Part shown: positions 26,194-37,708 of the stretch, one piece after another
Layout of the letters: every line of letters begins with the position of its first letter
How positions within the stretch are numbered: the stretch's first letter is position 1
Assembly (NCBI GenBank): GCA_025201805.1
Contig: MU619250.1
Coordinates: forward strand, 1-64,000
Direction: 5' to 3'
DNA from: Parasitella parasitica NRRL 2501
Taxonomy: Eukaryota; Fungi; Mucoromycota
DNA: 64,000 nt
The notes under the pieces: generated by a model
What the model was told of the DNA's origin: nothing
Databases searched by the model: none
Seen by the model: the letters and a program-made list of their open reading frames with translations, nothing else
Program-made: the position numbers and the translations under genes

Positions 26194-27414
26194 CTACTCT
26201 CTTTTGAGAGGACGAGCAACCTTCATAGCTTTGTAATCACCGTTTAAGGGAATACCGAGCTTCATGATTTCAGTAAATACATTCCAGTCCAATATCTTGG
26301 TCATTAAAATCTTCATAACAACCGTGATGGGCCCTTGATCAGAGACAACAATCTTGCCGGCATTACGACAGATGGTATCGGCAATGACAGAAGGAGGCGA
26401 TGAAACCTTCTGAGCCGAAGTGAGGGCAGACATCTTGCCAGCGTTGCTGTAAAAGTTAGAGTCGATAGGAGAGGGATGCTATTTTCGAAAAACGAAATAA
26501 ATGGTGAGGAATATGCGTATCAAAAAAAAAAAAAAAAAAAAAAAAAACGTAAACTTACAATGACAAGAACATCGATCTTGGCCTCGGCTAATTCAGCGGC
26601 AATAGAGCCAGCAAAGGTGGTAAGGAAAACTTTGGAGGAAGCTTGATAAAAGCGCATCGATTTGTTAGTTATTAAGCCATCTATTCACATGAATGCTCTG
26701 GCAGCTTACCATACAGCGCAGACATAGGGTTGGGGATGAAACCGGCGCTGGAAGAGGTAAAGGTGATTAGGCCTTTGAGACCCTTATTTAGCATTTCATC
26801 AGCAAAATGATGTGTCAAGATCAGGCCAGAAGTGACATTAGTGTGGAAATTGGACATCTCACGCTGCATTGCAACATCAGCATAGCCGCCAGTTGTGATA
26901 TAGCCAGCATTGTTGCACAAAATTTGAACATCAATATCACTAGTAGCCTCCTTGACGGCATTCAAGTAGGTCTCTCCAGAGGGCTCAGAGAGATCACAGC
27001 CAACAAAACGAAATTCGACATCAGGAAACTCTTTGGTAATCGTTTCCTTGAATGTAGCAAATACAGCATCATTAAGAGCCAGAATAACGACATTCAAACC
27101 TTGACCAGCAAACTTTCGAACAATCGCAGCGCCGATGCCAGAGGAGCCACCGGTTACCAATGCCCTGCATTTGCGACTATAAGTACAGGGACCTCAAATG
27201 CGTCTGTCTGATCGCTGATTCACTTACCATTTGGCATTGTACTTTTTCCTCAGGTTTTGCTCAGGGCAGCCATAGGCACCGTACGCAACCAAAATAAGAT
27301 AGGGACAGACTGCCAATACGCCGATCCAGAAAAAGACTATGCGTACAGTGAGCAACATGATGCATTTACAGCAACAAGCGTAACTTTGTGCTCACCTGAA
27401 GTGATAGAGATCAT
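26194..27414 (-). CDS. Short-chain dehydrogenase/reductase (17-beta-HSD / ketoacyl-reductase-like), N-terminal membrane anchor
   Basis: Spliced MISITSVFFWIGVLAVCPYLILVAYGAYGCPEQNLRKKYNAKW|ALVTGGSSGIG. Also NNAG, TSSSAG and catalytic Y|ASSK. Confidence 0.88.
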
Positions 27415-27751
27415 GCTTGCTAATTGGAACAAAAAAAGAAGAGGGGAAAAAAATAAATGTCTGCGCGTCCTACCTTTATATATCTCGCTGAGAAAGAACT
27501 TGCAATTTGTTGCGAGACACCGCTTTAATAGTGTATTTAACAGCGTAGATAGACATGTATTTCATGGAATACAATAAGCGCATAGCGAGCAACTCTTGCA
27601 TATAGGCGACTGTGCAGTGGAAACGGGTATCTTGATTTCTTTACTGTAGACATCTGTATAATTCTTTGTGGTTGTACAAATGACTTGCTTGATACGAAGA
27701 TGGTAATATTATGGAAGAGAGTCTGCCCATTTTCATTGTACATCTATCTCC

Positions 27752-27780
27752 CCCTCCTCTCTCTCTCTCTCTCTCTCTCC
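27752..27780. repeat. (CT)n microsatellite
   Basis: cctctctctctctctctctctcc run in the SDR-forkhead intergenic region. Confidence 0.8.
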
Positions 27781-27908
27781 CTCAGCGAAACGATATCAAA
27801 TCCAACGTAACGCTACTTTTTTTTTTTTTTTCCAAGACATTTAGGCATGAAACTTTATTGGTCAGTGTGTATGATGATGGTCATATATAATGTGATGGTA
27901 TGAAGAGG

Positions 27909-29396
<1,488 letters not shown>

Positions 29397-29601
29397 TCTC
29401 CCTTTTGTGTTTTAGAGAAAGAAAGAAGACACAAACTGAAAACCTTTCATTTCTGCCAAATGTACCCATACGGGCAATGGATCCAGTTTTGGTTGCTGCT
29501 TTTTTTGAAAGCCAGGAGGCAAACCTTGACACATTTTTCATATAAAATTTTCAAATTGCACACAGCTCTCCCAGCTGGCAACGCGAGAATCAGATAAACA
29601 A
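29397..29601. promoter_or_regulatory. Compact 205-bp divergent (bidirectional) promoter between the forkhead gene and SAD1
   Basis: Head-to-head ATGs at 29396 (-) and 29602 (+); TATAAAA at ~29541. Confidence 0.6.
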
Positions 29602-31315
29602 ATGGAAGAACCGCACGCCAAAAGAGCTCGATTGAGCTCTCCTCCAGAACCTGAGGCAAAAAACCAAGCCAGCAAAAACGATACGACAGATCTTTATCTG
29701 GATACAATTGACAGACACATGTTGGATTTTGATTTTGAAAAGGTGTGCTCAGTCTCATTGTCGCAAATCAACGTCTACGCTTGTTTGACTTGCGGCAAAT
29801 ACTACCAAGGCCGTGGAAAGTCTTCCCATGCCTATTTCCACAGCATGGACAAGGACCACCATGTGTTTATCAACCTGCAAACGCTGAAAGTCTATGTCCT
29901 TCCAGACGGGTACGAGGTCGATAATGCCTCATTGAATGACATCAAAGTGAGTCGTTACTCTCTCTCTCTCTTTCACTCTACAACGTGCATTTTACTAACA
30001 TCCCGCTAAATAGTATGTGCTCAACCCTATTCTGACAAAAGCCCAAGTGCACCAACTCGACACAACCTTGAAAATGTCTTACGATTTGAACAACAAGAAA
30101 TATCTGCCTGGCTTTATCGGTTTAAACAATGTCAAAGCAAACGATTATGTCAACGTTGTCATCCAAGCATTGGCGCACATTCCTTCCATCAGGGATTACT
30201 TCATTTTGGAAGACTTTGAAAAGAAGGCTTCATCTCAGCTTGGTAACTAGGATACACCGTTTCAAAAAATGACAGCTGGATATTCATTTATTTCAAAATT
30301 GCTAGTCTGTAGATTCAGTGCCTTAATCAGAAAAATGTGGAATCCAAAAGCTTTCAAGGGACAAGTGAGCCCTCACGAGCTTTTGCAAGAGATCTCAAAC
30401 GCCAGCCAAAAGAAATTCAAACTGACGGAGCAGAGCAATGCCATTGACTTTTTATCTTGGTTTCTGAACACGCTTCATAAAGACTTGGGAGGAACACGGA
30501 AGAAAAACAGCAGTAAAATATTGAGCAAAAAAAAAAGGGCGGGGGGGGGGAGAGGGGCGAGAACCACACGGTTTTAACCAGTTTGGGGGCATGTAGGCAT
30601 TATATACAGAAAGTTTCAGGGAGAAGTCAAGGTAGAATCTCAGGATTTTGGATCAGCTGGAGCACCCACTGAGAAAGAGGCATTGTTGCTGTTTGACGAA
30701 GCTAAAGAAATCAAATCCACAACTTCTCCATTCTTATTTTTGGCCCTGGATTTGCCGCAAGCACCTCTATATCAGGACGAAAAAGACAAGGATATTGTCC
30801 CTCAAGTGCCACTGACAACCATTCTTGCTAAATTCGACGGCAACAAGGTGCAGGAAGTGGCAAACCAAATGCGACGATACAGCATTATTCGGTTACCCCA
30901 ATTTCTCATCTTTCACATCAAACGGTTCAACAAGAACAGCTGGACAAGCGAAAAGAACCCGACCATCGTCAACTTTCCAATCAAGAATCTCGACATATCC
31001 AACTTCACTACTGATCCTGATGCTGAAGCAGTAGGAAAACACTATGACTTGCGAGCCAACATCTGCCATGAAGGCAAACCTGACGCAGGAAAGGGAACCT
31101 ATAAAGTCCATGTTCGCCATTCAGGTACAGGTCAGTGGTACCAAATCCAAGATTTAATTGTAGAAGAAATCATGCCCCAAATGATTTTCATGTCAGAAAG
31201 CTATATTCAGGTAAAAAAAAAAAAAAAAAAAAAAATTGGTGCTGATTGGCAAATAACCCTGTATTAACAAAACCTTTGGTAGATTTGGGAAAGAAAAAAT
31301 AACACAAAAGCTTGA
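29602..31315 (+). CDS. SAD1: U4/U6.U5 tri-snRNP protein Sad1/USP39 (ZnF-UBP + inactive USP domain)
   Basis: LDFDFEKVCSVSLSQINVYACLTCGKYYQGRG; GFIGLNNVKANDYVNVV (Asp in place of catalytic Cys, typical of USP39); FKGQVSPHELLQ; EKNPTIVNFP; PQMIFMSESYIQ|IWERK; TGA at 31313-31315. Confidence 0.96.
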
Positions 31316-31330
31316 ATACTAATAAAAGCC

Positions 31331-31391
31331 TTAAAGATTCTTTTTGAGGAATTCGTCTGTTAAACTGTCAGCCTCACGAATGTCAAATCCC

Positions 31392-31427
<36 letters not shown>

Positions 31428-32131
31428 CGTATACCGTATTGTTAGCTGTGCTCGCTGCGATGAATAACCCAATCAGACTTACTCTGTTGACTTCAATCTT
31501 TTCTTGCAGATATGTCTTGGCCGATGCGTACTGTTATGAAAATGCGTCGTTGAGTAAACACTCTATTCGTGTCAGGTTTGGTTGCTTACAAGCATATTCA
31601 CTTCGGCCTTGGCTGTTGAAGGAGACCAGTAAACAAACACGAGAGGAAAGTTGGTTCTTCCATCATCATGCTTCAGCTAGGGATGCAATCGCATTAAATC
31701 AATCCAATAACTCACAATGCTCTATCCCTTCTTACTTCGTAACTCAAAATAATGAAACGCGGTGTATTTTCAGGCAATTCTGTGTATTTCAATTGAGTCA
31801 GCTTGCATGTATCAGTGCTCCATCAATACAGCAGCATCAAACCTTCAATCAAATCCTCTAGAGAGATATTGTCATAAACCTCATCCTCCACAATTTTTAA
31901 GGTTTTGCGATCAATTTGCACTATCTCTCTCTCTGTTAACTTTTGTCGTAATTTACTCGCAAGATACTTACAGACAAAAGCTGCATTTCCACTTTCATAT
32001 TTAGCAAAACGAAAATCCTTGATTTTTTGGACCAGGTCAGCATCAATCTCACAGGTAGACGAGGCGCTCTATTAGTCATAAACGTTGGTACATGTGCCTT
32101 TTTTTCTCTCTCTCTCTCTTTTTACTGCCAT
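31331..32131 (-). CDS. AIM7: Glia maturation factor (GMF/Aim7, ADF-H family Arp2/3 debrancher), 7 exons, ~139 aa
   Basis: Hand-spliced: MA|SASSTCEIDADLVQKIKDFRFAKYESGNAAFV|LQIDRKTLKIVEDEVYDNISLEDLIE|ELPENTPRFIILSYE|LKHDDGRTNFPLVFVYWSPSTAKAEVNML|YASAKTYLQEKIEVNR|GFDIREADSLTDEFLKKNL*. Matches GMF motifs (FRF, ELPExxPRF, HDDGRxxxPL, MLYA). Absent from the ORF track. Confidence 0.93.
31392..31427. repeat. (TAG)12 microsatellite inside the last GMF intron
   Basis: 12 perfect TAG units; reads (CTA)n on the coding strand between the GCTAAC branch point and the 3' AG. Confidence 0.95.
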
Positions 32132-32681
32132 GTAGATTTGTTTGTTACCATAATGTAATTGATATGTTTTATGGAAAAACCAGTTGTTTCCTTTTGATTT
32201 TTGAGAATTTTAACGACACGCGGGTCTTCAAACATGAAGCCCAATCTTTTGTTTTCATTTTGAAAGAGTTACTCTAAATAAAGAACATGTTTGCTGTATG
32301 TTGGCAATTGGCATCTGTTAACCACCACCCCAACCCCCAACCCCCCCTTTGGCTGTGAAAAGTAATACAATTAGAATATGAGTCGTCTGTGAGGGCTTGT
32401 GTAGCATTGTTGAGTGCACAACAGACAATTTTCCCTCATTTCCAGTCTCCTGATAAAAAGCACCACAATGATACCAAAAGATCTGCAAAGGCTGATTGGG
32501 CATTGGTATCACTACACTTATGACATGCATTGCGTCTTCATGGCCTCAAATGATTTAAAACAAAAAGCTTAATGATACCGCTGATTGAACCTCAGCATTA
32601 AAAAGAGCCTTCACATCCTGAAATATTTTTTTCTTTCTTCTTCTTCCTGCACTATTACGCACACAATATCCAAAATACAAT

Positions 32682-33123
32682 ATGAAATCTGTCCGTGTCA
32701 ATACTGAGAGCTTTGATCAGGAAGTCGACAAGGCCATCAAATCAGGTAGCCCCGTCTTTGTTCTCTTTTTCGGTACCGAAACTCCCGAGACATCAGAATC
32801 TTGGTGTCCGGATTGTGTTATCGCTGATCCTCTTGTTCGTAGAGCCATCATTCCCGTCAAAGATGCAATCCTTATCGAAGCCCCTGTTGGTGATCGCAAT
32901 GAGTGGAAGGGTAATAGCACCCATATCTATCGTACTCGATTCGGTGTCCCTGCAATCCCTACTCTGTTCAAGTGGTCTGCTGTAAGCGATTCATTTGTTA
33001 TAATGCGTATGTGTACTACCTTCAATGTTACTAATGAATCTTTTTTAGGCGGGTCCTGGTGAGAAATTGGTTGAAGAGGAATGCGCTGATATTATCAAGC
33101 TTACCAAGTTTGTTGGAAACTAG
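32682..33123 (+). CDS. TXNDC17: Thioredoxin domain-containing protein 17 (TRP14-like), 2 exons
   Basis: SWCPDCVIADP active site, VGDRNEWK and IPTLFKW. Second exon AGPGEKLVEEEC...GN* ends at 33123. Confidence 0.93.
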
Positions 33124-33668
33124 GCTTTGTATTTATAATAAATGGGTTTGTACCATCACATCTTGTAGTGATTATCAAAAGTGGGATAGAAATGAGTTAT
33201 GCACCATGATAAGAGTTCTTTTAATTTGTAGGAATAGCTATTTATTTGCTTTAGTGATTAAAAACCACCAAACACGAATGTGTTTGTAGAGATTTTGAGT
33301 AAACCTTGTTTGGATGCCTAAATATGCTACATTTCATGTTTTTCGTGCTATTTTTGCAGCTGTCTTTAGAAGTGGTTAACTTGCCAGTGTTTGTTATTTT
33401 ATTTACGTTGTAAATGTTCAATATGAACTTCACAAGATGTAGACATTGAGTATGCTAGTATATATTAATTGAAATACGCTTGGCTCAAAATGCTAATTTT
33501 GTGCGTTATTGACCCCCTATAAACCTCTAATTTATATCGATCGATTCCCCAAAGGTCAGAGTAATATACTAATACAATTTTGTAGCATTTAGAGATATTT
33601 TATTTTTCTGTTAAAATCTGCAAATTTTCATGAGGGAGTATAAGGAAAAATTGGGGATTTTTACACAA

Positions 33669-34418
33669 TGTGGTTTTTAAGCTAAAAAACGAAACTTTTT
33701 ACTATTGTTTGTGCGGACAAAATTAAGCACCAAAGTGTCCTTCTTCATTTTGTTGTTCAGGTCTTTTAGTTTACATTACCAGTTTTTGATATATTTACGA
33801 AAAACTGTTTTTCAGTTTTTTAACTTTTACGAACAATTTTATCAGGTGTTTTTTTAGAAAAGAAATAGAATATTATAGATGATATTAATTAACATGTATT
33901 CTTATTAATTGGCTATGCGTGGTTAGTATATGTTTTGGATTGATAAAATACTTTAAAAGTGGAAAACGCTCGTTTGTATTAAACCGAATGTTTGAATCAT
34001 CCAATACTACGAAACAAATTTCAACCCCCGTAAACCAAAAATCGCACCGCATCAAAAAATGCGAAGATGCAGTATACCAAAAAAATGTACATGTGAAATA
34101 CACAGACTTGCACATCTCACTTCGCAAGACTTGAGGATACGATTACAATAGCTCGTATTTGGCTTATTTCGATTGCTCAGTGAGCATATGACGCTTTGCT
34201 CAACTATAAAATCTAAAATCAGTAAATCCGATGGCAATAATTTGGATTATCTGATGTACCGGAAGACTTTACTGCCTGGTAATTTGCAAACAGTAACTGA
34301 ATTGGCAAACAAAGCAATAGCTAAACAAACGAGAGAGCAAACTACGCTTAACTTGTGTACTGTATAGAGCAGTTTACACTGATGCTGCACCAGCTAGAAA
34401 ATGCCTAATTCTATGACC
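33669..34418 (+). repeat. Long direct repeat copy 1 (750 bp, ends at N gap)
   Basis: Collinear with 37107-37708 from TGTGGTTTTTAAGCT to ATGCCTAATTCTATGACC; last 95 bp identical. Confidence 0.92.
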
Positions 34419-34691
34419 NNNNNNNNNNNNNNNNNNNNNNNNNNNNNNNNNNNNNNNNNNNNNNNNNNNNNNNNNNNNNNNNNNNNNNNNNNNNNNNNNN
34501 NNNNNNNNNNNNNNNNNNNNNNNNNNNNNNNNNNNNNNNNNNNNNNNNNNNNNNNNNNNNNNNNNNNNNNNNNNNNNNNNNNNNNNNNNNNNNNNNNNNN
34601 NNNNNNNNNNNNNNNNNNNNNNNNNNNNNNNNNNNNNNNNNNNNNNNNNNNNNNNNNNNNNNNNNNNNNNNNNNNNNNNNNNNNNNNNNNN
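34419..34691. other. Assembly gap (273 N)
   Basis: N run between direct repeat 1 and the inverted array remnant. Confidence 1.
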
Positions 34692-34743
34692 TTGCGTTCC
34701 TTCCCAAACTGATTTTTTCTTACTTTTTGTTCAGATAATTATC

Positions 34744-36558
34744 ATGACAACATCAGACATAAAAACAACTTGTAACAAGTGCAATACATCGGTTGGAGGG
34801 TCACTCAAACACCATGAAAAGAATTATCATACATCTTCTATTTCAGTGAGATACATGGAAAGCGAAGGTTTTGTTCTTTTTAATATTTCCTGTTTTGTTC
34901 GTTAACATGTGCGAATTTCTTTCTGCCAGATTCAGAACAACCAACCATCCTTCTTTTGGAACGCAATGAGAAGACGGACCAATTTGAATGCCCCTTTTGC
35001 AAGAAGACATGGGCTACATGTTCAAGCACTCGCAGCCATTTTTATCGACATGCTGGTAAATGCTGTGATTCTTCGGGTAGGAACGAATATAACTACCGAG
35101 TCTTTTCTGCTCACCATTATTATATCAAACACAGCTAATTCATCTGGTGATGAAGAAAGTGACATTGAGGACACAACCATTGCCACCATCGAAATGGAGG
35201 CCACAGAACTCATCACTGTGTTTCCTGAATCTATTGACAGCCCTCGAAGAAGCTTTGATGAATCAATTTTACGTGCTTTAAGACAATCAGGCGGTTCTAT
35301 CTGTGAGAGAAACAAAGCCCTGTGGATTGCAGATACATTGAAATTACAACCATTTGCATTGCTGGACGACAATCAAGTGGAAGAAATAGCTCTAACCCAC
35401 TACGACAATCATATGCCTTTGATGACCAAGAGTCAGGATCACACTTTTCGCGTCAAACATGTCACAGCTGGCAAGAAACGTGCATGGGATGATAGTCTTA
35501 TATCGACAAATGCAAATTCAACAACGAATATCGAAGCAAGTCTCATGTCAATCCAACATTACGGACCTTACGCCCAACAATTATCCACACGATGCTACAA
35601 GCAGTTAGATATCAATTCATGTCAATTATTGAACGACGACTGGACGTTTTTGCCTCAACTACGATATGCCTGCGCCCAATTGCTTGCCGGTGCGATTATT
35701 ATGAACAAAAACAATGAGGCTGTACTTGTCAACACCGTGGAGATTTATGGACGCCAGCGTTCCCTCGATGTTCATCGAGAAAACTTTGTGAACAAAAAAG
35801 GAAAATCAGCATCCTCATCTTTACCACCTGTCACCACCAAATACCACCACACATGGGCAACAATTATGGCTGACAATGAAGGCGATAAGTTAGTTGTGTG
35901 AACCAAGACATTGAACGCATTAATCACATCAAGTCTCCGAATCGATTCCATTCATGAAGCAAGTGTTGGGGGGATCATCTCGCATTTTGAATTGGACGAA
36001 AGTGCAGCATTGACAGCGTCAATTTTCTTGGACAGCGATTCGATCAAAAAAGCCAGCAGTTTGGCAAGCAATCGAAATGCAAACAAGATTGATCGGTTTG
36101 ATCTGCGATACCAACTTCGACAATTACGATCAAAATTCCAATACCCTTCAACGTACCTCTTTTGTCGCGCGTCGAGCATCTTTGCAAATGACGTGCGGTC
36201 ACAACCATATAGCATTTTCACCTTATGTGAAGGACCCGACACAGGACGTGAATCAGCAGCGAAAATAGCCTCGAAACTTTTTCTCAACATTGCGGAAACT
36301 GTCCAATCTAACACTCATCCAACGTTGCCAAAAACTCTTGTAAATTCTTTATGGACGAAGTGCCAAGATGGTCAAGTGAAATCTATACTGCAACAAATTG
36401 TTGAACTATACCACGATGAAAACGTTATGGATATCTTGGAAAACCATTTCCTCAACGAAAAATTGAAGTCTTTAGCCAACTTGATGTCAACAAGCCTCGT
36501 TTTAGCAAACAAATCAGTGGCAGAAAATGTCAAGTCTCGTGTCCAAAATGGTTATTAG
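34744..36558 (+). pseudogene. Two-C2H2-zinc-finger protein of unknown family with one in-frame TGA (pseudogene, sequencing error or readthrough)
   Basis: Exons 34744-34867 (CNKC...HEKNYH), 34930-35055 (FECPFCKKTWATCSSTRSHFYRH) and 35135-36558 give 557 codons with clean GT-AG introns. A single TGA at 35899-35901 (DKLVV*TKTLNALITSS) splits one frame. Confidence 0.75.
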
Positions 36559-36688
36559 TGCGCTCTTGTACCAATCTCAAATTTTTTCATCATTTCAACC
36601 TTTGAATAAAAATTATCCTTCTTTTCAACATTAAGTGCTGCGTCTATCTTTTTACTTTTAAAACATTTTGTCATCATCATTCACTTGA

Positions 36689-36915
36689 GCTAAAAAAAAA
36701 AAAAATAGTGTGAAGGAACGCAATTGGAACGCAGCTGGAACGCAGTTGGAACGCAAGCCAAAAAAAACAGTGTGGAGGAACACAGTTGGAACGCAGCTGG
36801 AACGCAGTTGGAACGCAGTTTGGAACGCAAGCCAAAAAAAACAGTGTGGAGGAACACAGTTGGAACGCAGCTGGAACGCAGTTGGAACGCAGTTTGGAAC
36901 GCAAGCCAAAAAAAC
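36689..36915 (+). repeat. Higher-order tandem array: 11-bp GGAACGCAGYT monomers in ~74-bp units
   Basis: GCCAAAAAAA unit starts at 36757, 36831 and 36905 (period 74), with a degenerate first unit from 36689; 14 GGAACRCA cores in total. Confidence 0.95.
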
Positions 36916-37106
36916 TAACCACCTTCACATTGACAGCCCATTAAAAATTCATTCAAGTTCGATAGAAATTTCTCGCAAATGTTGATAGTGCCAATTTCTT
37001 TTCTTTTAAATCTAAAAATTGGCAACCAAATAAATGTTCAAGAAGATTCCAGCATAATAACATTTCCCATTTTGTTCTTCAGGTCTAATTAGCAATTTCC
37101 ACAAAT

Positions 37107-37708
37107 TGTGGTTTTTAAGCTGAAAAACAAAACTTTTTACTACACAAAATTAAGCACCAAAGTGTCTCTCTTTGTTTGGTTGTTCAAGTCTTTTAGTTAA
37201 CATATTCATGAAAAACAGTTTTCTAGTTTTTCAACTTTTTTGGACAATTTTACAAGGTGTTTTTTTAGATCAAAAATATAATCCAATAGATGGTATTAAT
37301 TAGCATGCTTTAATTAATTGACTAAACATTGTTGGCAAATGTTTTGGATTGATATAATACTTCAAAAGCGGAAAATGTTCGTTTGTTTTAAACCAAACCA
37401 AAAAAATATACATGTGAAATACACAGACTTGCACACGGTATCTCGTACTTGGCTTATTTCGATTGCTCAATGAGCAAATGACGCTCTCTTAAACTATAAA
37501 AGTTGAAATCAGTAAATCCGATGGCAAAAATTTGGATTATCTGATGAAGCAGAAGACTTTGCTGCCTGGTAATTTGTAAACAGCAACTGAATTGGCGAGC
37601 AAAGCAATAGCTCAACAAACGAGAGAGCAAACTACGCTTAACTTGTGTACTGTATAGAGCAGTTTACACTGATGCTGCACCAGCTAGAAAATGCCTAATT
37701 CTATGACC
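37107..37708 (+). repeat. Long direct repeat copy 2 (602 bp)
   Basis: Homologous to 33669-34418 with substitutions and internal deletions (one of ~90 bp); followed by a T-run. Confidence 0.92.

Larger units (their letters stand above)
33669..37708. mobile_element. Putative composite mobile/duplicated element: long direct repeats flanking a zinc-finger gene with (probably inverted) terminal tandem arrays
   Basis: Direct repeats at 33669-34418 and 37107-37708; 273-N gap; TTGCGTTCCTTC at 34692, which is the reverse complement of the inner end of the right array; ZnF gene 34744-36558; array 36689-36915. No transposase, gag or pol motif recognised. Confidence 0.5.

Noticed and set aside
30100-30180. 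Missing catalytic Cys in the USP domain
   Set aside because: Normal for Sad1/USP39, a known pseudo-deubiquitinase.
31439-32004. Plus-strand ORFs of 140 aa and 80 aa
   Set aside because: Antisense shadows of the 7-exon GMF gene.
32321-32347. Possible G-quadruplex (C-runs) in the GMF/TXNDC17 divergent promoter
   Set aside because: Only three long G-tracts plus GG doublets, and homopolymer runs are common throughout this window.
34401-34712. ORFs spanning N runs (also 44676-45534 and the X tract at 2102-2111)
   Set aside because: Artefacts of assembly gaps.
35899-35901. Selenocysteine codon
   Set aside because: No redox CxxU-type context and no SECIS-like hairpin recognised downstream. The 3' array is a direct tandem repeat.
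36689-36915. CRISPR array, or the four short ORFs called over the repeat
   Set aside because: The intervening sequences are identical rather than unique spacers, there are no cas genes and the context is eukaryotic. The ORFs are by-products of a stop-poor repeat.
33669-37708. Canonical LTR retrotransposon
   Set aside because: No gag, RT, RNase H or integrase motifs; no CA terminus, PBS or PPT recognised; the internal gene has spliceosomal introns.
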